Shown here: positions 10,618 to 20,428 of the stretch, one piece after another
How the letters are laid out: every line of letters begins with the position of its first letter
How positions within the stretch are numbered: position 1 is the first letter of the stretch
Assembly (NCBI GenBank): GCA_020852705.1
Contig: JADZAP010000004.1
Span: 81,486-145,485 of the forward strand
Direction: 5' to 3'
Length of the DNA stretch: 64,000 nucleotides
From: Ignavibacteria bacterium
Lineage (GTDB): Bacteria > Bacteroidota > Ignavibacteria > Tepidaquicellales > OLB5
Translations under genes and position numbers: made by a program
Notes under the pieces: model-generated
The model's database searches: none
Told to the model about the DNA's origin: nothing
Seen by the model: the letters and a program-made list of their open reading frames with translations, nothing else

Positions 10618-12486
10618 ATGATTAATCCCAAATATAAAAGAGGTACATTACTGTTTACTTTAGGAATTTTTATTAACCTTATCATTTCAGGATTACTTTT
10701 CCTAGGTGCAGGAATTCTTACCAAAAAAGGTACCAATAACAGCAAAGAACTTATTGAAATTTCCAAAGAGAAAGGAATACAGGTAATTGAGAAAGTTTGG
10801 GATTATTATAAAGGTTCAGCCGGTGATGTTAGAGATGATTCTGAAACAGAGTTAAACATGGTTGCAATGTATGATGCTATTGATTATGACTTAACACTTT
10901 CATTTGATATTTCGAATAAATCTATTACCGGGACAAATTTTATGCAGCTTCGTGCTGAGACTGATACATTACGGACTATTTATGTTAATCTGTATGAAAA
11001 TTTAACCGCGAACAAAGTAAGTGTTCAGAATATGATGAGGACGGGAATAAATTACAACGAAGCTCGTGATATTCAGAATTGGTTCGAGCCGGAATCATTT
11101 ACGCAGACTAAAAACTATCTTATAATTAAACTGAAAGATACAGATGTTCCAATGAAAGGTGATAACCTAGCACTTAAAATTGAATATTCCGGAAAACCGC
11201 TTAAAAAAGGATTTGATTCATTTTCATTTAAAGAACTTTACGGCAATACTTACATTTATACTCTAAGTGAACCGACATGGGGACCTGTATGGTGGCCTTC
11301 AAAGGATTTTCCAAGTGATAAAGCAAATATTCAAATACATCTTATTGTACCAACAGGTATGAAAGGAATTTCTACCGGACTTTTACAGGATTCAATTCAG
11401 AATGGAGACGGAACAACTACTTTTAACTGGAAAACCAATTATCCGATTGCAACATATCTAGTTAGTATTGTAGTTGGTAAAATGTCTTATTGGGAAGATA
11501 CTTATACATCTGTTGACGGCACAAAACAAATGCCTGTAGTATATTATGTTTTTCCCAGAGATTCCTCCAAAGCGCGGGTTGATTTTAAACCAACACCTGA
11601 GATGATAAGATATTTTTCTGAAACATTTGGCGAATATCCTTTTATTGATGAAAAGTACGGACTTGCACAATTTGGATGGACTTCAGGGGCAATGGAACAT
11701 CAGACAATAACATCATACGGTTATCTGCTTGTAACAGGTGATAACAGGTATGATTTTGTAAATGCACATGAACTTGCACATCAATGGTTTGGTGATGCTG
11801 TTACTCTGAAAGACTGGAGGAATATTTGGCTTAACGAAGGATTTGCTTCATACAGTGAAGCATTATGGATGGAACACACAGGCGGTAAAAGTGCATATAT
11901 TAAACATATAAAGAATTTTGATTACGGGTATTTTAGCGGTACAATTTACGACCCAAAAGGATTTATAGATAATCCTGCAATTTACGCTACCATATATAAT
12001 AAAGGTGCAATAGTATTGCACATGCTGCGAGGTATAATGGGTGATGATAAATTCTTTTCTGCATTAAAGGCATATTATGAAAAATATAAATATTCAAATG
12101 CAGAAACAAAAGATTTTGCAGCAGTAATGGAAGAATATTACGGCTCCAGCTTATCAGACTTTTTTGACCAGTGGGTGTATAAAGGTACAGGCAGACCAAA
12201 ATATGAATATTCATGGAAGTTTGAAGATTTTCAGGGGCAAAAAGGTTCAGGTAAATATACAGTAAGACTTATGCTTAAACAGGTACAGAAGGATGACTTA
12301 GATGTGTACAAAATGCCCATGAGAATAACAATTGTAACTGATACCGGAGATAAAGAGTTTACTGTTTACAATGATCAGCGTGAGCAATCTATACTTCTTA
12401 CAGTTGATGCAACACCAAAGGAAATAATTATTGATAAGGATGGCTGGATATTGAAAAAAGTAGCAAAAGGAACATACGAAAAATAA
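10618..12486 (+). CDS. M1 family zinc aminopeptidase, N-terminally membrane anchored
   Basis: 622 aa. GAMEH exopeptidase motif, then HELAHQWFGD...WLNEGFASY (HExxH-x18-E). One N-terminal TM helix. Confidence 0.85.
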   Translation: MINPKYKRGTLLFTLGIFINLIISGLLFLGAGILTKKGTNNSKELIEISKEKGIQVIEKVWDYYKGSAGDVRDDSETELNMVAMYDAIDYDLTLSFDISNKSITGTNFMQLRAETDTLRTIYVNLYENLTANKVSVQNMMRTGINYNEARDIQNWFEPESFTQTKNYLIIKLKDTDVPMKGDNLALKIEYSGKPLKKGFDSFSFKELYGNTYIYTLSEPTWGPVWWPSKDFPSDKANIQIHLIVPTGMKGISTGLLQDSIQNGDGTTTFNWKTNYPIATYLVSIVVGKMSYWEDTYTSVDGTKQMPVVYYVFPRDSSKARVDFKPTPEMIRYFSETFGEYPFIDEKYGLAQFGWTSGAMEHQTITSYGYLLVTGDNRYDFVNAHELAHQWFGDAVTLKDWRNIWLNEGFASYSEALWMEHTGGKSAYIKHIKNFDYGYFSGTIYDPKGFIDNPAIYATIYNKGAIVLHMLRGIMGDDKFFSALKAYYEKYKYSNAETKDFAAVMEEYYGSSLSDFFDQWVYKGTGRPKYEYSWKFEDFQGQKGSGKYTVRLMLKQVQKDDLDVYKMPMRITIVTDTGDKEFTVYNDQREQSILLTVDATPKEIIIDKDGWILKKVAKGTYEK

Positions 12487-12504
12487 TGAAGGAGCCCTTA
12501 ACTG

Positions 12505-13539
12505 ATGGATCTTTCTTTAATTGAACTAAATGCTCATTACAGCAAACTTCAAAACCTTCATATAAAATGGAAGGGGCAGGAAATTGCGATATTTGAAAGA
12601 CTTCATTCACACGGATCAGAGAGACTTATAGTAAGGTTAGTTTCAGAAGATAACACTTCATCAATTGGAATTGTAAGCAATAATTTAGCAGAGAACAAAG
12701 CTTTTATAAACTTTGGCAGGCATTTCAGGGATAAAGGATTAAATGTTCCCGAAATATATATTACAGATGCATCATTTGACAGTTATATACTTGAAGACCT
12801 TAATGATGAAACACTATTTAACAGAATTTCAGACGGAAGTGAGTTCAATGTAACAAAAGTTTCACTATATAAAAAGGTTATAGAAGAACTGCCCAAATTT
12901 CAGATTACCGCAGGGAAAGAAATAGATTTTAGTTATTGCTACCAATTTAATGAATTTGGCGAAGAAAATATAAAGTTTGATCTTGAATATTTCAAGAAAA
13001 GATTTTTAAATAATTTCTACAAAGGTGCTGCTGATATTGACAAGCTGAATAATGACCTAAATTTTTTAAAAGAGAAAATTACAGAATTACCCCGTCAGTT
13101 CTTTCTATACCGTGATTTTCAGTCAAGGAATGTAATGTTGAGGGAAAATATACCTTGGTTTATAGATTTCCAGTCAGGCAGAAAAGGTGCATTGCTGTAT
13201 GATATTGCTTCATTGTTATATGATGCAAAAGCTGATATTCCGCAAAATATCAGGGAAATTCTGCTTGAATATTATTTAGAAATAATTAAGCAATACGGCA
13301 TTAAAAATACAGAAATGCTTGGTTATCATTTTTGGTATTTTGCTGTTATTAGAATATTACAGGCAATGGGTGCTTATGGATATTTAGGAATAGTAAAAGG
13401 TAAACAAAGATTTCTTGAAAGCATTCCGTATGCATTGAAGAATATAAATTTTATTTTAAATAGCAGAATTGAAGGAAATGAACTTTTGTATCTTAAAAAG
13501 ATATTTAAAGAAATGCTTGATGCAAAAACAATAAAATAA
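12505..13539 (+). CDS. APH/choline-kinase-fold phosphotransferase, AmgK-like (possible MurNAc/GlcNAc anomeric kinase)
   Basis: 344 aa. Catalytic-loop motif YRDFQSRNVM followed by FIDFQSG resembles the HRDxHSRNLM...IDFQD pattern of AmgK-type kinases. Substrate is inferred only. Confidence 0.55.
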   Translation: MDLSLIELNAHYSKLQNLHIKWKGQEIAIFERLHSHGSERLIVRLVSEDNTSSIGIVSNNLAENKAFINFGRHFRDKGLNVPEIYITDASFDSYILEDLNDETLFNRISDGSEFNVTKVSLYKKVIEELPKFQITAGKEIDFSYCYQFNEFGEENIKFDLEYFKKRFLNNFYKGAADIDKLNNDLNFLKEKITELPRQFFLYRDFQSRNVMLRENIPWFIDFQSGRKGALLYDIASLLYDAKADIPQNIREILLEYYLEIIKQYGIKNTEMLGYHFWYFAVIRILQAMGAYGYLGIVKGKQRFLESIPYALKNINFILNSRIEGNELLYLKKIFKEMLDAKTIK

Positions 13540-13570
13540 TTTGATAACTTTACACAAATAAGATATATTA

Positions 13571-14371
13571 ATGATAAAACATAATATACGCGGATTAAAT
13601 GTAATAGAATTTGGTGATGAAAATAAACAGGCAATAATATTTGTTCATGCATTTCCGTTATGCAGCAGGATGTGGGATAAACAGGCAGAAGAGCTGCAGA
13701 AAGAATACAGAGTAATTGTTTATGACCTGCGGAGTTTTGGATACAGTGAAGCGGGAGACGGACTATTTACAATAGATTCACATGTAAGTGATTTGATTTC
13801 AATTATAGACAGTCTTAAACTTGAAAAACCTGTTGTATGCGGACTTTCGATGGGAGGATATATAACATTAAGGGCTCTTGAACTTTATCAGAGCAAGTTC
13901 AAAGGTGCAGTTCTGGCTGATACAAAAGCTGAACCGGATAATAATCCGACAAAACTTGCCAGAGCGGAGCAAATGAAATTAATTAAGAACGAGCAAAGAG
14001 AGCAATTCACAGTAAACTTTATAAAAGCAGTTTTATATGATGTTAATTATAACGAAAAACCGGAGCTAGTTGAGTTTTTAAAGAAAATGATAGGATGGCA
14101 GAAAAATGAAGCAATAAACGGTGCATTGTTAACTCTTGCAGCAAGAACAGATACAACGGAAGCATTAGAAAAATTTGATATTAAACTTCTTTTTATGGCA
14201 GGCAAAGAAGATAAGTTAACACCCCCGGAATTTTCAAAGATAATGTACAGCAAGACAAAGAACTCTGAGATTAAAATCATTCCAAATGCAGGTCATTTGC
14301 CAAACATGGAAAACCCGGACGATTTTAACAAAGCAATAATGGATTTTATGAAGAGTATTGAGAAGAAATAA
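13571..14371 (+). CDS. Alpha/beta hydrolase
   Basis: 266 aa. HAFP oxyanion region, GLSMGG nucleophile elbow, C-terminal GH motif (NAGHLPN). Confidence 0.8.
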   Translation: MIKHNIRGLNVIEFGDENKQAIIFVHAFPLCSRMWDKQAEELQKEYRVIVYDLRSFGYSEAGDGLFTIDSHVSDLISIIDSLKLEKPVVCGLSMGGYITLRALELYQSKFKGAVLADTKAEPDNNPTKLARAEQMKLIKNEQREQFTVNFIKAVLYDVNYNEKPELVEFLKKMIGWQKNEAINGALLTLAARTDTTEALEKFDIKLLFMAGKEDKLTPPEFSKIMYSKTKNSEIKIIPNAGHLPNMENPDDFNKAIMDFMKSIEKK

Positions 14372-14427
14372 TTTAAACGGATAAATTAAATGGTCAATTT
14401 AATTTAATGTTTAGATTAAATTCAAAA

Positions 14428-15375
14428 TTAAGAAAGTTTTTTCCCTATTTCCCTTAACATTATTTCAATCATTTTAGGCAAGTCATAAGTATATTTCCAT
14501 CCCCAATCTTTTTGAGCACACTCATCATTAATGCTTTCGGGCCAAGTTTCAGCAATTTGCTGACGGAAATCAGGTTTATAAGATATGTTGAAATTTGGAA
14601 TATGTTTTGTAATTCCTATAGCAAGCTGTTTTGGAGAAAAGCTGATAGCGCTTAGATTGTAACTTGAGCGAATTTTGATATTTTTGGGATCTGCCTCAAC
14701 AAGATCAATAGTTGCCTTAATTGCATCGGGCATAAACATCATTGGCAAAGCAGTATTTTCAGTAAGAAAGCATTCATATTTTTTATGTTTAATTGCTTCA
14801 TAAAATATTTCCACTGCGTAATCGGTTGTACCCCCGCCTGCTTCAGTTTTGTAGCTGATAAGTCCCGGGTAGCGAATACTTCTAACATCAGCATTATACT
14901 TTTTGAAATAATATTCACACCATCTTTCTCCGGCAAGTTTACTTATTCCGTAAACTGTTGAGGGTTCCATTATGGTAAGCTGAGGTGTATTAATCTTTGG
15001 AGTAGTAGGTCCAAATACAGCAATAGAGCTAGGCCAAAATAATTTTTTAACCAAAGAATCCTTAACCAAATCAAGCATTAAAATAAGACTTTTCATGTTA
15101 AGCTCCCATGCTTTTTTAGGGTTTTTTTCAGCACTTCCGGAAAGCATAGCGGCAAGAAGGTAAACAGTATCAACATTATTTTTTTTTATTGTATCAAAAA
15201 CTTTCTTTTCATCCAAAACATCTAGGACTTCAAATTGTCCGCTAGACATAACTTCATCGGAAGCATTTTTAATATCACTTGCAATCACGTTTTCATTTCC
15301 ATATCTGTTTCTGAGCTCAAGGGTTAAGTCAGATCCAATTTGTCCGGATGCACCAATAACAATAATTTTATTCAT
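14428..15375 (-). CDS. NAD-dependent epimerase/dehydratase family protein, L-threonine 3-dehydrogenase-like
   Basis: 315 aa. N-terminal GASGQIGS Rossmann motif and YxxxK (YGISK). The overall pattern resembles short UDP-glucose-epimerase-like TDH enzymes. Confidence 0.7.
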   Translation of the reverse strand: MNKIIVIGASGQIGSDLTLELRNRYGNENVIASDIKNASDEVMSSGQFEVLDVLDEKKVFDTIKKNNVDTVYLLAAMLSGSAEKNPKKAWELNMKSLILMLDLVKDSLVKKLFWPSSIAVFGPTTPKINTPQLTIMEPSTVYGISKLAGERWCEYYFKKYNADVRSIRYPGLISYKTEAGGGTTDYAVEIFYEAIKHKKYECFLTENTALPMMFMPDAIKATIDLVEADPKNIKIRSSYNLSAISFSPKQLAIGITKHIPNFNISYKPDFRQQIAETWPESINDECAQKDWGWKYTYDLPKMIEIMLREIGKKLS

Positions 15376-15551
15376 TTTGATTTGCTTAATTTTTAATCGA
15401 AAAAAATTTGCAGGTTTCTGATTAGGTTACTAAATTCCTTCTTCAGAATAGATATTCTAATATTTTATAAAGGTATTACATAAAACTTTTGTTGTTTATC
15501 AATAAAATTAAGGATCAATTATTTTATTAAACTTTTTTTAACCAAATTATA

Positions 15552-16913
15552 TTAAATCCCTTCAACAGTAACTTGTGGGGTAACTTTATTCTTTGGAATT
15601 AAAGCGGGCCAATAAGCTACAACATCGCTGGGTTTGGGTCTGCCACCGGCAAAACCGGTAACACTTGGGGGACCTGTTAAAATAAGCGGAGCAATTTCTT
15701 TGCTGAACCTTTCAATTGTGGCTTTATCTTTTGCCCTTACCCCTATTCTTAATACAACCTCGCTAATATCTTCATGTCTTTTTACAAGGGGTCCGTGGCA
15801 GCTGTTGTATCCCAGGAATTCAGTTCTAATTTCCTCAAACTTCAAACCAAGGTCATCAAGCCGAGTTCGCAAAATTTTATCGGCAGCTTCCGCTTTTTTA
15901 AGTGCATCAGGTGCAGAATAAGTTAAAGTGGAAAATGCACTAAAGCCATCATCGTAAGACATTGATACCTTGTAGAATTCAGTTGCAGGTTTGCCTGTAA
16001 TGCTATATGCTTTAACGCGGTTAGAGCCATTTTGCTCAAGTTGAATGGAGGTGAAGTCAGCAATACAATCAGGTGTAATATATTCTTTTGGATCACCAAT
16101 TTCATATAACAGCTGTTCGCTTACGGTTTCAACAGAAACAAGCCCTCCTGTATTTTCATGTTTTGTAATAAAGAAAGTACCATCTTTATGTGCTTCAACA
16201 ATTGGAAAGCCAATTTTTGCGAGGTCAGGAACTGATTCCCAGTTGCCAAGGAAATTTCCTCCGGAAGCTTGCCCACCGCACTCTATAATATGCCCTGCAA
16301 TTGTACCGGCAGACATTTTATTAAAATCGTTCATATCCCACCCAAACTCGTAAATCATTGGTGCAAGAGTAAGACCTGTATCAGTAACTCTGCCGGTTAT
16401 AACAATATCAGCACCTTGTTTTAATGCTTCAACAACAGGAGCGGCACCAAAATAAACATTTGCGCTTAAAATTTTATCTTTTACTTTTTGGGCACTTTCA
16501 CCTGTCTCCATATTTTTTAATAACACACCTTCTTTAAGGAGACTTTCAATGTTTTCCAGAATATTATCGCCATCAACCACACCTATTTTAATTCCGCTAA
16601 TACCAAGTTTTTTTGCTACATCAAAAACAGCATCACGGCATGCAAACGGATTAACTCCTCCCCCATTTGTAATAACTTTAAATCCTTTTTCCTTCATCAA
16701 GGGAAGTAATCTCTCCATTAAAGGGGGAATATCACGGGCGTAGCCAAATGCGGGATTTTTAAGTTTTTGTTTCATTAGGATTGACATAGTAACCTCTGCA
16801 AGATAATCCATCATAAGATAATCAATTGGACCATTAGAAGCTTGACTAACAGGGGCATCAATTAAGTCGCCCCAAAATCCCTGCCCTGAAGCGATTCTGA
16901 TTGTTTCTTTCAT
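15552..16913 (-). CDS. DUF1446 / AtuA-like acyclic terpene utilisation family protein
   Basis: 453 aa. The N-terminal IRIASGQGFWGD motif and length are typical of AtuA/DUF1446. Confidence 0.7.
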   Translation of the reverse strand: MKETIRIASGQGFWGDLIDAPVSQASNGPIDYLMMDYLAEVTMSILMKQKLKNPAFGYARDIPPLMERLLPLMKEKGFKVITNGGGVNPFACRDAVFDVAKKLGISGIKIGVVDGDNILENIESLLKEGVLLKNMETGESAQKVKDKILSANVYFGAAPVVEALKQGADIVITGRVTDTGLTLAPMIYEFGWDMNDFNKMSAGTIAGHIIECGGQASGGNFLGNWESVPDLAKIGFPIVEAHKDGTFFITKHENTGGLVSVETVSEQLLYEIGDPKEYITPDCIADFTSIQLEQNGSNRVKAYSITGKPATEFYKVSMSYDDGFSAFSTLTYSAPDALKKAEAADKILRTRLDDLGLKFEEIRTEFLGYNSCHGPLVKRHEDISEVVLRIGVRAKDKATIERFSKEIAPLILTGPPSVTGFAGGRPKPSDVVAYWPALIPKNKVTPQVTVEGI

Positions 16914-16988
16914 TAAATTTTATTTCGGTTAATGCTAATTTTTGATAAATTTATACAAATTTACCAAAAAAAGATGATATTAAAAATT

Positions 16989-17016
16989 AAAAACCCCGCA
17001 CAAAATTGTATGGGGG
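16989..17016 (-). terminator. Probable Rho-independent terminator downstream of the FabK/NMO-like gene
   Basis: On the minus strand, cccccatacaattttgtgcgggg forms a hairpin with one mismatch, followed by TTTTT. Confidence 0.4.
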
Positions 17017-17101
17017 TAAATGAGGTATTCAAGATAATTTGAAAATTTTCTATTAAAATTTAAATTTAATTAGTCATTTATTAAATAATAAGCTGATTGC
17101 T

Positions 17102-18052
17102 TTATATATTTGATACAGCAATGGAATATTCATTTAAAAGTCTATTAACCAAATCCTTAACAGAAATAATATCATTAACCAAACCGCTTGATTGCCCCAT
17201 TTCCAATTCACCTTCATCAAGGTCGCCTTCAAATATACCCTTCATTTCCCTTTTTTTACCAAGAATTTCTTTAAGTTCATCAGCAGAAGCACCCTTCCTT
17301 TCAGCTTCAATAACATTTAAAGCAAATTTATTTTTTAAAAGTCTAACCGGATTAAGTTTTTTCATTGTTAAATAAGTATCGGAATCTTTAGCATCAACAA
17401 TTTTTTGTTTGAAGGAACTGCTGCTGGAAGATTCTATGGTAGCGGCAAACCGTGTACCAATTTGCACGCCTTCGGCACCAAGTGCCATGCAGGCAGCAAT
17501 CTGCGCCCCAGATGCAATTCCCCCTGCTGCAATAACAGGAATATCTACAGCATTTACAACCTGCGGAACGAGGCATAAGGTAGTTATTTCATCAACACCG
17601 TTATGACCGCCTGCTTCAAATCCTTCTGCAACAACGGCATCGCATCCGGAATCCTGTGCTTTGAGTGCATGCTTAACGGAAGCAACAACATGCACAAGAA
17701 TTATTCCATTATATTTAAAAATATCTGAATATTGTTTTGGATTTCCGGCAGAGGTGAATACAATTTTTATTTCTTCTTTAAGGATAGTATTTATAAGGTC
17801 TTTAACATCACCGCGAATAAGGGGAAGATTTACACCGAATGGTTTATTAATATTATTTTCTTTATAATAATTTTTCAGCTTTTGGATATGTTCGCTCAGC
17901 AGGTCAGGTTTCATTGAGCCGGCACCAATTAATCCAAGGCAGCCGTTTTCACTTGCTGCTGAGGCAAGTTTCCACCCCGAGGTCCACACCATACCTGCCT
18001 GAATAATAGCATGTTCAATTCCGAATAATTTATTTATACGGGTTTGTTTCAT
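17102..18052 (-). CDS. Nitronate monooxygenase family / FabK-like enoyl-ACP reductase (FMN TIM barrel)
   Basis: 316 aa. IIQAGMVW N-terminus, GFEAGGH and AAGGIA motifs of the NPD/NMO/FabK family. Confidence 0.8.
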   Translation of the reverse strand: MKQTRINKLFGIEHAIIQAGMVWTSGWKLASAASENGCLGLIGAGSMKPDLLSEHIQKLKNYYKENNINKPFGVNLPLIRGDVKDLINTILKEEIKIVFTSAGNPKQYSDIFKYNGIILVHVVASVKHALKAQDSGCDAVVAEGFEAGGHNGVDEITTLCLVPQVVNAVDIPVIAAGGIASGAQIAACMALGAEGVQIGTRFAATIESSSSSSFKQKIVDAKDSDTYLTMKKLNPVRLLKNKFALNVIEAERKGASADELKEILGKKREMKGIFEGDLDEGELEMGQSSGLVNDIISVKDLVNRLLNEYSIAVSNI

Positions 18053-18056
18053 CAGC

Positions 18057-18563
18057 TTATATTTCTTTAAGCAATTTAATCATATCCAGCACAGCTTTGG
18101 CAGCTTCTTTTCCTTTATTGTTTTCATCTGCATTTGAGCGATTTAATGCCTGTTCATCTGTATAACAGGTTAAAATACCAAAAGAAACGGGTGTGCTGTA
18201 GGTCATATTCAATGTCATTATAGCGTTAGAAACGGTTTCAGAGATATATTCAAAATGGGCTGTTTCACCTTTTATTACTGCACCAAGGCATATAATACCG
18301 CAATACCTGCCGTTTATACATAACTGCTTTGCAGTTAATGGAATTTCAAAAGCGCCTGGCACATAATAAATATCAAATCCGTTTTCATGGTAATTATTTT
18401 CTTTAAGAACATCTACAGCGCCTTTAAGCAAACCGCTTGTTACCTCATCATTAAACTTGCTTACAATAATTGCTATTCGTGCAGAACGCTTTTTGCTATC
18501 TTTGATATTTTTACTATCCTTTAATTTTTTGTTTTCTTTATTTTTTTTATTTGATTTTGACAT
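18057..18563 (-). CDS. ribH: 6,7-dimethyl-8-ribityllumazine synthase with lysine-rich N-terminal extension
   Basis: 168 aa. The core RIAIIVSKFN...VPGAFEIP...GAVIKGETAHFEYI is canonical RibH. It is preceded by ~27 K/N/S-rich residues. The start lies 4 nt after the upstream gene stop. Confidence 0.85.
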   Translation of the reverse strand: MSKSNKKNKENKKLKDSKNIKDSKKRSARIAIIVSKFNDEVTSGLLKGAVDVLKENNYHENGFDIYYVPGAFEIPLTAKQLCINGRYCGIICLGAVIKGETAHFEYISETVSNAIMTLNMTYSTPVSFGILTCYTDEQALNRSNADENNKGKEAAKAVLDMIKLLKEI

Positions 18564-18567
18564 ATAT

Positions 18568-19416
18568 TTATGATTTAAACAATCTGTTTTTCATTGCAGT
18601 AATTTGCGATATGGTGATAAAATACTTTCCCAGAATTGATACATCATTTATTCTGCCTCCATGGAAATCGCTGCCGCCGCTTTCCAGAAGAAAATATTGA
18701 TTTGCAATATTACGAAAGTATTCTGAGTCTTTTTCAGTATGCGAAGGGTGAATTACTTCAATGCCATCAACACCAAACTCAATCATTTCAAACAGGGCAT
18801 TATTGTTGCGCATACTTTTGCCCGGGTGGGCAATAAATGAAAGTCCACCGCACCTGTTTATAAGAGAGATTGCATCTTTAGCAGATATGTTTGGTTTTTT
18901 AACATACGCAGGTTTATCATCACCAATATATTTATTGAAAGCGTCAAAATAATTATTAACAAATTTATTTTCAACCATTGCAATAGCAATATGCGGTCTG
19001 CCAATAGAGCCGTTGCCTTTTACCTGTTTTATTACATCACCAAAAGTGATAGCCAAGCCAAGCTCATTAAGCTTATTTACAATTTTTTCGGCTCGTTTCA
19101 CTCTTTCTCTGCGGAAGTTTTTAAGGTATTGAAGCAGTTCTTCATTTTTGTGGTCAATAAAATAGGCAAGGATATGAGTTTCTTTTCCGTTATGCTCAGC
19201 ACTTATTTCAGTACCTGAAATAAGTTCAATGCCAAATTTATCGGCGTACTCAGATGCTTCAAAGTAAGAATCAACGTTATCATGATCGGTAATAGCTATG
19301 TGAGTTAACCCGGAGTTTTTGGCATGTTTAATTAGTTCTTCCGGCGAATGATAGCCATCGGAATAATGAGTGTGAGTATGAAGATCGGCTTTGAAATTGG
19401 AGTCAATGCTTCCCAT
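18568..19416 (-). CDS. PHP-domain phosphoesterase (TrpH/YciV-like)
   Basis: 282 aa. [12 protein letters not shown]-terminal metal-binding motif, IAITDHD, later HP and DFHG motifs. Confidence 0.8.
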   Translation of the reverse strand: MGSIDSNFKADLHTHTHYSDGYHSPEELIKHAKNSGLTHIAITDHDNVDSYFEASEYADKFGIELISGTEISAEHNGKETHILAYFIDHKNEELLQYLKNFRRERVKRAEKIVNKLNELGLAITFGDVIKQVKGNGSIGRPHIAIAMVENKFVNNYFDAFNKYIGDDKPAYVKKPNISAKDAISLINRCGGLSFIAHPGKSMRNNNALFEMIEFGVDGIEVIHPSHTEKDSEYFRNIANQYFLLESGGSDFHGGRINDVSILGKYFITISQITAMKNRLFKS

Positions 19417-19550
19417 AGGCGGATTGACTTATGCAGAAAAACGGCTAAAAGATAAAGAAATAGCAGCCGTAAACAGAGCCCTGAATGTATAAAATGGACT
19501 AAATCCTGCGGTTTTTCTCCTGAAAGCGAAGAATTTAAAATGGTTAATTG

Positions 19551-19624
19551 TACCGGAGGAGGGACTTGAACCCCCGACCTGCGGATTATGATTCCGACGC
19601 TCTAACCACCTGAGCTACTCCGGC
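19551..19624 (-). tRNA. tRNA with CAU anticodon (elongator Met, or Ile2 if lysidine-modified)
   Basis: The reverse complement GCCGGAGTAGCTCAGGTGGTTAGAGCGTCGGAATCATAATCCGCAGGTCGGGGGTTCAAGTCCCTCCTCCGGTA folds as a cloverleaf. It has a 7-bp acceptor stem (G1-U72 wobble), GCTC/GAGC D stem, anticodon loop AUCAUAA, GGGGG/CCCTC T stem and TTCAAGT T loop. No CCA is encoded. It lacks initiator features. Confidence 0.85.
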
Positions 19625-19689
19625 AATAATAAAACATTAAATAAGCACAAAAATAGCAATTTAGTAATTGGGTTTCAAGGGAAAATTCA
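19580..19689. repeat. Left copy of a 110-bp perfect direct repeat (tRNA nt 1-45 plus 65 bp of 5' flank)
   Basis: Identical base for base to 23083-23192 by my reading. Flanking bases differ (c/t on the left side, c/t on the right side). Confidence 0.9.
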
Positions 19690-19769
19690 CTTCAAAATTC
19701 CCATTTGTAAATAAACTGTAATTAATTTTCATTATATTTGTAGAATTAAAATAAAAATTATTTATTGTT

Positions 19770-19982
19770 ATGACAATGAAGTTTGAAGTAATAATCTATC
19801 AAGACGAAGATGGTGTTTTTATTGCAGAATGTCCTTCAATACCGGGCTGCGTAAGCCAGGGGGAAACACATGCTGAAGCCGAAAAGAATATAAAGGATGC
19901 AATAAAGGAATGCTTAATTGTAAGAAAAGAAAACGGGCTTCCTTTAACCGTAGAAACAAACAAGGTTGAAGTAACAATTTAA
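19770..19982 (+). CDS. hicB: HicB-family antitoxin (UPF0150, short form without DNA-binding domain)
   Basis: 70 aa. YQDEDGVFIAECPSIPGCVSQGETHAEAEKNIKDAIKECL is the classic HicB/UPF0150 pattern. Its stop abuts the hicA ATG. Confidence 0.8.
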   Translation: MTMKFEVIIYQDEDGVFIAECPSIPGCVSQGETHAEAEKNIKDAIKECLIVRKENGLPLTVETNKVEVTI

Positions 19983-20204
19983 ATGCCCAAAATTCCTTTA
20001 TTACCCCCAGCAAAAGTCATTAAAATTTTCGAAAAATTTGGATGGTCAACTGCCCGTCAAAAAGGCAGTCATATTATTATGACAAAACCCGGCAGTATTT
20101 CAACGCTATCTATCCCCAATCATAAAGAAGTTGCCAGAGGAACTTTAAAGAGTTTAATTATAAAGGCTGGTATTAACATTGATGAATTCTTAAACATTTC
20201 ATAA
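19983..20204 (+). CDS. hicA: HicA-family mRNA interferase toxin
   Basis: 73 aa. KVIKIFEKFGW...QKGSHIIMTKPG...IPNHKEVARGTLKSLIIKAGI matches the YcfA/HicA pattern, including the catalytic GSH. Confidence 0.85.
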   Translation: MPKIPLLPPAKVIKIFEKFGWSTARQKGSHIIMTKPGSISTLSIPNHKEVARGTLKSLIIKAGINIDEFLNIS

Positions 20205-20428
20205 AATCCGATTAAAATAAAATTTCGGAAATCAAAATAATCTTATTTAAACCGTAATTTTATTATATATGAAAGCTCTCTGAATAATTTTTTTTAAGCG
20301 GACTAAATAGTCTACTTTTCTCGACTATTCTTGCCAGCAACATTGCAGCGGGTTCTCGCGCTCTGGGTGCATTTTAAATTGTAAAATTACAGCAGAGGGG
20401 AAAGAATAAAATAATGGTTTTTTCACCT

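Noticed and set aside
19496-19530. Similarity between tggactaaatcctgcggtttttctcc, just 3' of the tRNA, and cggactaaatagtctacttttctcg at 20299-20325 inside the islet. It could be an att-arm repeat.
   Set aside because: Only a 9-mer plus a shifted 7-mer match, which is plausible by chance in AT-rich sequence. It needs statistical support.
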